Shown in pieces: positions 23,402 through 36,600 of a stretch of 64,000 nucleotides of DNA. How positions within the stretch are numbered: position 1 is the first letter of the stretch; the number at the start of each line of letters is the position of its first letter. Source of the stretch: Laetmonice hystrix (lineage: Eukaryota); NCBI GenBank assembly GCA_965235115.1, contig OZ249440.1:34908001-34972000 (forward strand). The letters run 5' to 3'. The notes beneath the pieces are model-generated. The model made no database searches. It saw only the letters and a list, made by a program, of their open reading frames with translations, and was not told the DNA's origin. The position numbers and the translations under genes were made by a program.

Positions 23402-23592
23402 AGGTGTAGTGATTAAGTCCCTATATACCCCACCTGACTGATTAAATCCCTATACGCCCAACCTGACTGTAGTGATTAGTTCCCTTACACCCCACCTGAG
23501 TAGTGAGTACGTCCTTATACACCCCACCTATACACTATACAACTTCATAACCCCATGGGACCATGTTTTATCCGAAATGAAAGAGGATTTAA

Positions 23593-24120
23593 GGGGGCAT
23601 ATTATGAGGAAACGTTAAAAATCGGTATTTCATAGAACTTTTGCTGTTTTCATAAAGAGATCCTTCATTACAATTGCTTGGTAAACAAAGACAGACTTAT
23701 CAGTTTCATTTTGCGTGAGAAATCGAAGTTTATTAAGCTCCCTTGCCCGCTTCTCTGACGATTTCGTAAAATATTTTTTTGGTGGCATTCTGATGCCGGG
23801 CGATCGAGTGCCACTGCTGAATTGTTTACAACTAAGCAAAGCACGTGACTAAGCACATGCAGAGAGTGCACACACAGGATGTGACACAGTATGCAATTAC
23901 ACGGGTTGATGGGAGGTTGTCCGCCAAATTATGGCGGGAGATGTGCTATCGGGAGAAATCTATAGGTTTGGTCGTATAGAACCTACTTGTGCTGCATACG
24001 CAGCGAAAACACGTCGGAGGACAAAATGCTGTGGTAGGATTATTTACTTGGATCCCTAGTACACGGTCATGTTGGATAATTGCCGGAAATCCTCAAAAAC
24101 GTGTTTCATAGCATGCCCCT
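23593..24120. mobile_element. Kolobok-like non-autonomous transposon, short internally deleted copy, inverted relative to 9715-10773
   Basis: TTAA|GGGGGCAT...ATGCCCCT|TTAA, with shared end sequences. Confidence 0.8.
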
Positions 24121-25000
24121 TTAAAGAAGATTGAAATCCCTGAACAGTGGCGTACCCAGTTTGCATGCTTCGTTGGTGAGAAGATCCCAGCTCAAGATTT
24201 CTGATAACGGTTTTTGACAACCACATTTATGACAAGGTATGACATCATCTGCCTTGACGGTTCCCACTTGTTTTTAAACCATGGCAACCACATACACCAT
24301 TGGTTCTATATGACCTCAATCTGTCTTAACAGTTTTCCACTTGTTTTTAAACAACTACATAAACAACTAGACGCCATGTGGCAGGGGCCACATGAGATCC
24401 CATCCCCTCTAGGAAGGATAGGCCTGCATATTTACATAGCCTATGTAGCAAGGCCCTTTTTATGTCATTTGCTATGTATCCTTTCTTTTCCTTTTAAGAA
24501 GTAGGGCTTTATCTTGCATCGTTTCTGAGTTATGAGCCTTAGAAGATGGCAATGACATCATTATGACGTCATATGTCCCATTACTGACTCTATCTTCCAC
24601 CAGTTACAAGTTATAACCCTGAGAAAATATAGATAGCACCATTATGACGTCATAGTTCACGTGACCTGAATTATAGTGGTGTCAAACGAAAGAGAATGTA
24701 TGATTTCCTATTAGTGTTTAATAGTAACTATGGCTCTAACTTGAACCATTTACAAGTTATAGCCCTGAGAAAATATCGATGACATCATTATGACATCATC
24801 GCTCACGTGACCTAAAATAATATTGTGCGAAATGAAAGAGCATATATATGACTTCCTATTTGACATCAATAGCAGCTATGCCTCTAAATTCAACCATTTA
24901 CCATTTATAGTTCTGAGATAATATTGAAATCTTTATGCCGTCATAGGTCATGTGACCTAAAAAATAATCGTGTCAAACCAAAGATGTATGACTTCCTCAT

Positions 25001-28000
25001 AAACCCAATGGTCAAAAACCAAACATTGATATCTTTAACCGTTTTCGAGATATCACTGATTTTTAGTTGAAAATGACCTAAAAGGGCCAACTTTGAGGGG
25101 CCATAACATGAAAACTACTGAATCTAGGGGGGCCATCTCGGAGTCAGAGACAGTTGACCTATTATGCAATCCAATGGTGCTGAAATCGGAAATTAGGTCA
25201 ACTTGGCCGCCATCTTGGATTTTTCAAATTCGGGGAAAATGGGTCAAGTTTTTCATCTTAAACCTAATGCTGAAAACCAGACATTGATATCTTTAACGGT
25301 TTTCGAGATATCACTGATTTTGGTTGAAAATACCCTAAAAGGGCCAACTTTGAGGGACCATCACATGGAAACTATTGAATTTAGGGGACCCATGTCAGTG
25401 TCAGAGACAGTTGACGTATTACCCAATTCAATGATGCAGAAATCGGAAATTAGGTCAACTTGGCCGCCATGTTGGATTTTTCAAATTTAGGGGAAAATGG
25501 GTCACGTCTTTCATCCTAAACCCAATGGTGAAAACCAGACATTGATATCTTTAACCGTTTTCGAGATATCACGGATTTCTGGTTGAAAATGACCCAAAAG
25601 GGCCAACTTTGAGGGGCCATAACATGGAAACTACTGAATTTAGGGGGGCCATCTCGGAGTCAGAGACAGTTGACCTATTATGCAATCCAATGGTGCTGAA
25701 ATCGGAAATTAGGTCAACTTGGCCGCCATCTTGGATTTTTTAAATTCAGGAAAAATGGGTCATGTTTTTCATCCTAAACCTAATGGTGCAAATCAGACAT
25801 TGATATCTTTAGCCGTTTTCGAGATATCACTGATTTTTGGTTGAAAATGACCTAAAAGGGCCAACTTTGAGGGGCCATAACATGGAAACTACTGAATTTA
25901 GGGGAGCCATCTCGGAGTCAGAGACAGTTGACCTATTATGCAATCCAATGGTGCTGAAATCGGAAATTAGGTCAACTTGGCCGCCATCTTGGATTTTTTA
26001 AATTCAGGAAAAATGGGTCATGTTTTTCATCCTAAACCTAATAGTGAAAACCAGACATTGATATCTTTAACGGTTTTCGAGATATCACTGATTTTTGGTT
26101 GAAAATGACCTAAAAGGGCCAACTTTGAGGGGCCATAACATGAAAACTACTGAATTTAGGGGGGCCATCTCGGAGTCAGAGACAGTTGACCTATTATGCA
26201 ATCCAATGGTGCTGAAATCGGAAATTAGGTCAACTTGGCCGCCATCTTGGATTTTTCAAATTCGGTGGAAATGGGTCAAGGTTTTCATCCTAAACCTAAT
26301 GGTGAAAACCAGACATTGATATCTTTAACCGTTTTCGAGATATCACTGATTTTTAGTTGAAAATGACCCAAAAGGGCCAACTTTGAGGGCCCATAACATA
26401 GAAACTACTGAATTTAGGGGAGCCATCTCGGAGTCAGAGACAGTTGACCTATTACCCAATCCAATGGTGCTGAAATCGGAAATTAGGTCAACTTGGCCGC
26501 CATCTTGGATTTTTCAAATTTGGGGAAAATGGGTCAAGTTTTTCATCCTAAACCTAATAGTGAAAACCAGACATTGATATCTTTAACGGTTTTCGAGATA
26601 TCACTGATTTTGGTTGAAAATACCCTAAAAGGGCCAACTTTGAGGGACCATCACATGGAAACTATTGAATTTAGGGGACCCATGTCAGTGTCAGAGACAG
26701 TTGACGTATTACCCAATTCAATGATGCAGAAATCGGAAATTAGGTCAACTTGGCCGCCATGTTGGATTTTTCAAATTTAGGGGAAAATGGGTCACGTCTT
26801 TCATCCTAAACCCAATGGTGAAAACCAGACATTGATATCTTTAACCGTTTTCGAGATATCACGGATTTCTGGTTGAAAATGACCCAAAAGGGCCAACTTT
26901 GAGGGGCCATAACATGGAAACTACTGAATTTAGGGGGGCCATCTCGGAGTCAGAGACAGTTGACCTATTATGCAATCCAATGGTGCTGAAATCGGAAATT
27001 AGGTCAACTTGGCCGCCATCTTGGATTTTTTAAATTCAGGAAAAATGGGTCATGTTTTTCATCCTAAACCTAATGGTGCAAATCAGACATTGATATCTTT
27101 AGCCGTTTTCGAGATATCACTGATTTTTGGTTGAAAATGACCTAAAAGGGCCAACTTTGAGGGGCCATAACATGGAAACTACTGAATTTAGGGGAGCCAT
27201 CTCGGAGTCAGAGACAGTTGACCTATTATGCAATCCAATGGTGCTGAAATCGGAAATTAGGTCAACTTGGCCGCCATCTTGGATTTTTTAAATTCAGGAA
27301 AAATGGGTCATGTTTTTCATCCTAAACCTAATAGTGAAAACCAGACATTGATATCTTTAACGGTTTTCGAGATATCACTGATTTTTGGTTGAAAATGACC
27401 TAAAAGGGCCAACTTTGAGGGGCCATAACATGAAAACTACTGAATTTAGGGAGGCCATCTCGGAGTCAGAGACAGTTGACCTATTATGCAATCCAATGGT
27501 GCTGAAATCGGAAATTAGGTCAACTTGGCCGCCATCTTGGATTTTTTAAATTCAGGAAAAATGGGTCATGTTTTTCATCCTAAACCTAATAGTGAAAACC
27601 AGACATTGATATCTTTAACGGTTTTCGAGATATCACTGATTTTTGGTTGAAAATGACCTAAAAGGGCCAACTTTGAGGGGCCATAACATGAAAACTACTG
27701 AATTTAGGGGGGCCATCTCGGAGTCAGAGACAGTTGACCTATTATGCAATCCAATGGTGCTGAAATCGGAAATTAGGTCAACTTGGCCGCCATCTTGGAT
27801 TTTTCAAATTCGGTGGAAATGGGTCAAGGTTTTCATCCTAAACCTAATGGTGAAAACCAGACATTGATATCTTTAACCGTTTTCGAGATATCACTGATTT
27901 TTAGTTGAAAATGACCCAAAAGGGCCAACTTTGAGGGCCCATAACATAGAAACTACTGAATTTAGGGGAGCCATCTCGGAGTCAGAGACAGTTGACCTAT

Positions 28001-29390
28001 TACCCAATCCAATGGTGCTGAAATCGGAAATTAGGTCAACTTGGCCGCCATCTTGGATTTTTCAAATTTGGGGAAAATGGGTCAAGTTTTTCATCCTAAA
28101 CCTAATAGTGAAAACCAGACATTGATATCTTTAACGGTTTTCGAGATATCACTGATTTTGGTTGAAAATACCCTAAAAGGGCCAACTTTGAGGGACCATC
28201 ACATGGAAACTATTGAATTTAGGGGACCCATGTCAGTGTCAGAGACAGTTGACGTATTACCCAATTCAATGATGCAGAAATCGGAAATTAGGTCAACTTG
28301 GCCGCCATGTTGGATTTTTCAAATTTAGGGGAAAATGGGTCACGTCTTTCATCCTAAACCCAATGGTGAAAACCAGACATTGATATCTTTAACCGTTTTC
28401 GAGATATCACGGATTTCTGGTTGAAAATGACCCAAAAGGGCCAACTTTGAGGGGCCATAACATGGAAACTACTGAATTTAGGGGGGCCATCTCGGAGTCA
28501 GAGACAGTTGACCTATTATGCAATCCAATGGTGCTGAAATCGGAAATTAGGTCAACTTGGCCGCCATCTTGGATTTTTTAAATTCAGGAAAAACGGGTCA
28601 TGTTTTTCATCCTAAACCTAATGGTGCAAATCAGACATTGATATCTTTAGCCGTTTTCGAGATATCACTGATTTTTGGTTGAAAATGACCTAAAAGGGCC
28701 AACTTTGAGGGGCCATAACATGGAAACTACTGAATTTAGGGGAGCCATCTCGGAGTCAGAGACAGTTGACCTATTATGCAATCCAATGGTGCTGAAATCG
28801 GAAATTAGGTCAACTTGGCCGCCATCTTGGATTTTTTAAATTCAGGAAAAATGGGTCATGTTTTTCATCCTAAACCTAATAGTGAAAACCAGACATTGAT
28901 ATCTTTAACGGTTTTCGAGATATCACTGATTTTTGGTTGAAAATGACCTAAAAGGGCCAACTTTGAGGGGCCATAACATGAAAACTACTGAATTTAGGGA
29001 GGCCATCTCGGAGTCAGAGACAGTTGACCTATTATGCAATCCAATGGTGCTGAAATCGGAAATTAGGTCAACTTGGCCGCCATCTTGGATTTTTCAAATT
29101 CGGTGGAAATGGGTCAAGGTTTTCATCCTAAACCTAATGGTGAAAACCAGACATTGATATCTTTAACCGTTTTCGAGATATCACTGATTTTTAGTTGAAA
29201 ATGACCCAAAAGGGCCAACTTTGAGGGCCCATAACATAGAAACTACTGAATTTAGGGGAGCCATCTCGGAGTCAGAGACAGTTGACCTATTACCCAATCC
29301 AATGGTGCTGAAATCGGAAATTAGGTCAACTTGGCCGCCATCTTGGATTTTTCAAATTCGTGGGAAATCGGTCAAATCCTGAACCCAATG
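25001..29390. repeat. 258-bp satellite array, about 17 monomers, 5-mer (1290-bp) higher-order repeat
   Basis: The diagnostic divergent monomer (ATACCC, ACCATCACATGG, TTCAATGATGCAG) recurs at 1290 then 1548 bp spacing. Confidence 0.95.
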
Positions 29391-30690
29391 GTAAAATTCC
29401 GAAAGATATCACCTTCACTCTATTTTCAGTTGTTACCCGTGAAGAAAGCATTTTAGTAGTCTGTACCACAAATTGTAATTTTGGGCCATCGTACTTTTGT
29501 GAGTAGTACCTACAAATGGTGAATGATATCAGGCTTTTTTAGCTTGTAAATTGAGTAATACTCCTTTCTTGCAATTTTACTCATCTTTGAGGTCACGTGA
29601 CTCCCTTAATATAGGTCAAATCGCTCATCTCAAAACGTTCCTGTACTGAGGCCACTAATGTCCTTGCTTGAGTTCAGTTTTATGGAATTTCTTCAAAATT
29701 TGTGGGACTAGTAGGGATTTAAGTAACTGCAACATTTTGACCTTAGTGTCATATAGGTCAAAGGTCAAAGGTCAAATTGACCAAACAAAATTTAGGGGAT
29801 CATGTCCCAATAACAATGGTATGAGTTGTTTAAAAAAAATCTTCATTTTCAATGAAATATTGGCCTTTATATATGGAACCATTAGTACGTCATAACTCCA
29901 TGACGTTACGTCATATGACGTCATAACTCATTTGCATAGTAGAGAATCCCAGTACCTATCTCCCCACCAAGTTTCATTAAGATATCTTAAAAAATGACCA
30001 AAATACGACCATGGGTTAACGACTACTACTACTACTACACCCTACATGTATAATAACTAGACGCCATGTGGCAGGGGCCACATGAGATCCCATCCCCTCT
30101 AGGAAGGATAGGCCTGCATATTTACATAGCCTATGTAGCAAGGCCCTTTTTATGTCATTTGCTATGTATCCTTTCTTTTCCTTTTAAGAAGTAGGGCTTT
30201 ATCTTGCATCGTTTCTGAGTTATGAGCCTTAGAAGATGGCAATGACATCATTATGACGTCATATGTCCCATTACTGACTCTATCTTCCACCAGTTACAAG
30301 TTATAACCCTGAGAAAATATAGATAGCACCATTATGACGTCATAGTTCACGTGACCTGAATTATAGTGGTGTCAAACGAAAGAGAATGTATGATTTCCTA
30401 TTAGTGTTTAATAGTAACTATGGCTCTAACTTGAACCATTTACAAGTTATAGCCCTGAGAAAATATCGATGACGTCATTATGACATCATCGCTCACGTGA
30501 CCTAAAATAATATTGTGCGAAATGAAAGAGCATATATATGACTTCCTATTTGACATCAATAGCAGCTATGCCTCTAAATTCAACCATTTACCATTTATAG
30601 TTCTGAGATAATATTGAAATCTTTATGCCGTCATAGGTCATGTGACCTAAAAAATAATCGTGTCAAACCAAAGATGTATGACTTCCTCAT

Positions 30691-33600
30691 AAACCCAATG
30701 GTCAAAACCAAACATTGATATCTTTAACCGTTTTCGAGATATCACTGATTTTTAGTTGAAAATGACCTAAAAGGGCCAACTTTGAGGGGCCATAACATGA
30801 AAACTACTGAATCTAGGGGGGCCATCTCGGAGTCAGAGACAGTTGACCTATTATGCAATCCAATGGTGCTGAAATCGGAAATTAGGTCAACTTGGCCGCC
30901 ATCTTGGATTTTTCAAATTCGGGGAAAATGGGTCAAGTTTTTCATCTTAAACCTAATGCTGAAAACCAGACATTGATATCTTTAACGGTTTTCGAGATAT
31001 CACTGATTTTGGTTGAAAATACCCTAAAAGGGCCAACTTTGAGGGACCATCACATGGAAACTATTGAATTTAGGGGACCCATGTCAGTGTCAGAGACAGT
31101 TGACGTATTACCCAATTCAATGATGCAGAAATCGGAAATTAGGTCAACTTGGCCGCCATGTTGGATTTTTCAAATTTAGGGGAAAATGGGTCACGTCTTT
31201 CATCCTAAACCCAATGGTGAAAACCAGACATTGATATCTTTAACCGTTTTCGAGATATCACGGATTTCTGGTTGAAAATGACCCAAAAGGGCCAACTTTG
31301 AGGGGCCATAACATGGAAACTACTGAATTTAGGGGGGCCATCTCGGAGTCAGAGACAGTTGACCTATTATGCAATCCAATGGTGCTGAAATCGGAAATTA
31401 GGTCAACTTGGCCGCCATCTTGGATTTTTTAAATTCAGGAAAAATGGGTCATGTTTTTCATCCTAAACCTAATGGTGCAAATCAGACATTGATATCTTTA
31501 GCCGTTTTCGAGATATCACTGATTTTTGGTTGAAAATGACCTAAAAGGGCCAACTTTGAGGGGCCATAACATGGAAACTACTGAATTTAGGGGAGCCATC
31601 TCGGAGTCAGAGACAGTTGACCTATTATGCAATCCAATGGTGCTGAAATCGGAAATTAGGTCAACTTGGCCGCCATCTTGGATTTTTTAAATTCAGGAAA
31701 AATGGGTCATGTTTTTCATCCTAAACCTAATAGTGAAAACCAGACATTGATATCTTTAACGGTTTTCGAGATATCACTGATTTTTGGTTGAAAATGACCT
31801 AAAAGGGCCAACTTTGAGGGGCCATAACATGAAAACTACTGAATTTAGGGGGGCCATCTCGGAGTCAGAGACAGTTGACCTATTATGCAATCCAATGGTG
31901 CTGAAATCGGAAATTAGGTCAACTTGGCCGCCATCTTGGATTTTTCAAATTCGGTGGAAATGGGTCAAGGTTTTCATCCTAAACCTAATGGTGAAAACCA
32001 GACATTGATATCTTTAACCGTTTTCGAGATATCACTGATTTTTAGTTGAAAATGACCCAAAAGGGCCAACTTTGAGGGCCCATAACATAGAAACTACTGA
32101 ATTTAGGGGAGCCATCTCGGAGTCAGAGACAGTTGACCTATTACCCAATCCAATGGTGCTGAAATCGGAAATTAGGTCAACTTGGCCGCCATCTTGGATT
32201 TTTCAAATTTGGGGAAAATGGGTCAAGTTTTTCATCCTAAACCTAATAGTGAAAACCAGACATTGATATCTTTAACGGTTTTCGAGATATCACTGATTTT
32301 GGTTGAAAATACCCTAAAAGGGCCAACTTTGAGGGACCATCACATGGAAACTATTGAATTTAGGGGACCCATGTCAGTGTCAGAGACAGTTGACGTATTA
32401 CCCAATTCAATGATGCAGAAATCGGAAATTAGGTCAACTTGGCCGCCATGTTGGATTTTTCAAATTTAGGGGAAAATGGGTCACGTCTTTCATCCTAAAC
32501 CCAATGGTGAAAACCAGACATTGATATCTTTAACCGTTTTCGAGATATCACGGATTTCTGGTTGAAAATGACCCAAAAGGGCCAACTTTGAGGGGCCATA
32601 ACATGGAAACTACTGAATTTAGGGGGGCCATCTCGGAGTCAGAGACAGTTGACCTATTATGCAATCCAATGGTGCTGAAATCGGAAATTAGGTCAACTTG
32701 GCCGCCATCTTGGATTTTTTAAATTCAGGAAAAATGGGTCATGTTTTTCATCCTAAACCTAATGGTGCAAATCAGACATTGATATCTTTAGCCGTTTTCG
32801 AGATATCACTGATTTTTGGTTGAAAATGACCTAAAAGGGCCAACTTTGAGGGGCCATAACATGGAAACTACTGAATTTAGGGGAGCCATCTCGGAGTCAG
32901 AGACAGTTGACCTATTATGCAATCCAATGGTGCTGAAATCGGAAATTAGGTCAACTTGGCCGCCATCTTGGATTTTTTAAATTCAGGAAAAATGGGTCAT
33001 GTTTTTCATCCTAAACCTAATAGTGAAAACCAGACATTGATATCTTTAACGGTTTTCGAGATATCACTGATTTTTGGTTGAAAATGACCTAAAAGGGCCA
33101 ACTTTGAGGGGCCATAACATGAAAACTACTGAATTTAGGGGGGCCATCTCGGAGTCAGAGACAGTTGACCTATTATGCAATCCAATGGTGCTGAAATCGG
33201 AAATTAGGTCAACTTGGCCGCCATCTTGGATTTTTCAAATTCGGTGGAAATGGGTCAAGGTTTTCATCCTAAACCTAATGGTGAAAACCAAACATTGATA
33301 TCTTTAACCGTTTTCGAGATATCACTGATTTTTAGTTGAAAATGACCTAAAAGGGCCAACTTTGAGGGGCCATAACATGAAAACTACTGAATCTAGGGGG
33401 GCCATCTCGGAGTCAGAGACAGTTGACCTATTATGCAATCCAATGGTGCTGAAATCGGAAATTAGGTCAACTTGGCCGCCATCTTGGATTTTTCAAATTC
33501 GGGGAAAATGGGTCAAGTTTTTCATCTTAAACCTAATGCTGAAAACCAGACATTGATATCTTTAACGGTTTTCGAGATATCACTGATTTTGGTTGAAAAT

Positions 33601-36600
33601 ACCCTAAAAGGGCCAACTTTGAGGGACCATCACATGGAAACTATTGAATTTAGGGGACCCATGTCAGTGTCAGAGACAGTTGACGTATTACCCAATTCAA
33701 TGATGCAGAAATCGGAAATTAGGTCAACTTGGCCGCCATGTTGGATTTTTCAAATTTAGGGGAAAATGGGTCACGTCTTTCATCCTAAACCCAATGGTGA
33801 AAACCAGACATTGATATCTTTAACCGTTTTCGAGATATCACGGATTTCTGGTTGAAAATGACCCAAAAGGGCCAACTTTGAGGGGCCATAACATGGAAAC
33901 TACTGAATTTAGGGGGGCCATCTCGGAGTCAGAGACAGTTGACCTATTATGCAATCCAATGGTGCTGAAATCGGAAATTAGGTCAACTTGGCCGCCATCT
34001 TGGATTTTTTAAATTCAGGAAAAATGGGTCATGTTTTTCATCCTAAACCTAATGGTGCAAATCAGACATTGATATCTTTAGCCGTTTTCGAGATATCACT
34101 GATTTTTGGTTGAAAATGACCTAAAAGGGCCAACTTTGAGGGGCCATAACATGGAAACTACTGAATTTAGGGGAGCCATCTCGGAGTCAGAGACAGTTGA
34201 CCTATTATGCAATCCAATGGTGCTGAAATCGGAAATTAGGTCAACTTGGCCGCCATCTTGGATTTTTTAAATTCAGGAAAAATGGGTCATGTTTTTCATC
34301 CTAAACCTAATAGTGAAAACCAGACATTGATATCTTTAACGGTTTTCGAGATATCACTGATTTTTGGTTGAAAATGACCTAAAAGGGCCAACTTTGAGGG
34401 GCCATAACATGAAAACTACTGAATTTAGGGGGGCCATCTCGGAGTCAGAGACAGTTGACCTATTATGCAATCCAATGGTGCTGAAATCGGAAATTAGGTC
34501 AACTTGGCCGCCATCTTGGATTTTTCAAATTCGGTGGAAATGGGTCAAGGTTTTCATCCTAAACCTAATGGTGAAAACCAGACATTGATATCTTTAACCG
34601 TTTTCGAGATATCACTGATTTTTAGTTGAAAATGACCCAAAAGGGCCAACTTTGAGGGCCCATAACATAGAAACTACTGAATTTAGGGGAGCCATCTCGG
34701 AGTCAGAGACAGTTGACCTATTACCCAATCCAATGGTGCTGAAATCGGAAATTAGGTCAACTTGGCCGCCATCTTGGATTTTTCAAATTTGGGGAAAATG
34801 GGTCAAGTTTTTCATCCTAAACCTAATAGTGAAAACCAGACATTGATATCTTTAACGGTTTTCGAGATATCACTGATTTTGGTTGAAAATACCCTAAAAG
34901 GGCCAACTTTGAGGGACCATCACATGGAAACTATTGAATTTAGGGGACCCATGTCAGTGTCAGAGACAGTTGACGTATTACCCAATTCAATGATGCAGAA
35001 ATCGGAAATTAGGTCAACTTGGCCGCCATGTTGGATTTTTCAAATTTAGGGGAAAATGGGTCACGTCTTTCATCCTAAACCCAATGGTGAAAACCAGACA
35101 TTGATATCTTTAACCGTTTTCGAGATATCACGGATTTCTGGTTGAAAATGACCCAAAAGGGCCAACTTTGAGGGGCCATAACATGGAAACTACTGAATTT
35201 AGGGGGGCCATCTCGGAGTCAGAGACAGTTGACCTATTATGCAATCCAATGGTGCTGAAATCGGAAATTAGGTCAACTTGGCCGCCATCTTGGATTTTTT
35301 AAATTCAGGAAAAATGGGTCATGTTTTTCATCCTAAACCTAATGGTGCAAATCAGACATTGATATCTTTAGCCGTTTTCGAGATATCACTGATTTTTGGT
35401 TGAAAATGACCTAAAAGGGCCAACTTTGAGGGGCCATAACATGGAAACTACTGAATTTAGGGGAGCCATCTCGGAGTCAGAGACAGTTGACCTATTATGC
35501 AATCCAATGGTGCTGAAATCGGAAATTAGGTCAACTTGGCCGCCATCTTGGATTTTTTAAATTCAGGAAAAATGGGTCATGTTTTTCATCCTAAACCTAA
35601 TAGTGAAAACCAGACATTGATATCTTTAACGGTTTTCGAGATATCACTGATTTTTGGTTGAAAATGACCTAAAAGGGCCAACTTTGAGGGGCCATAACAT
35701 GAAAACTACTGAATTTAGGGGGGCCATCTCGGAGTCAGAGACAGTTGACCTATTATGCAATCCAATGGTGCTGAAATCGGAAATTAGGTCAACTTGGCCG
35801 CCATCTTGGATTTTTCAAATTCGGTGGAAATGGGTCAAGGTTTTCATCCTAAACCTAATGGTGAAAACCAGACATTGATATCTTTAACCGTTTTCGAGAT
35901 ATCACTGATTTTTAGTTGAAAATGACCCAAAAGGGCCAACTTTGAGGGCCCATAACATAGAAACTACTGAATTTAGGGGAGCCATCTCGGAGTCAGAGAC
36001 AGTTGACCTATTACCCAATCCAATGGTGCTGAAATCGGAAATTAGGTCAACTTGGCCGCCATCTTGGATTTTTCAAATTTGGGGAAAATGGGTCAAGTTT
36101 TTCATCCTAAACCTAATAGTGAAAACCAGACATTGATATCTTTAACGGTTTTCGAGATATCACTGATTTTGGTTGAAAATACCCTAAAAGGGCCAACTTT
36201 GAGGGACCATCACATGGAAACTATTGAATTTAGGGGACCCATGTCAGTGTCAGAGACAGTTGACGTATTACCCAATTCAATGATGCAGAAATCGGAAATT
36301 AGGTCAACTTGGCCGCCATGTTGGATTTTTCAAATTTAGGGGAAAATGGGTCACGTCTTTCATCCTAAACCCAATGGTGAAAACCAGACATTGATATCTT
36401 TAACCGTTTTCGAGATATCACGGATTTCTGGTTGAAAATGACCCAAAAGGGCCAACTTTGAGGGGCCATAACATGGAAACTACTGAATTTAGGGGGGCCA
36501 TCTCGGAGTCAGAGACAGTTGACCTATTATGCAATCCAATGGTGCTGAAATCGGAAATTAGGTCAACTTGGCCGCCATCTTGGATTTTTTAAATTCAGGA

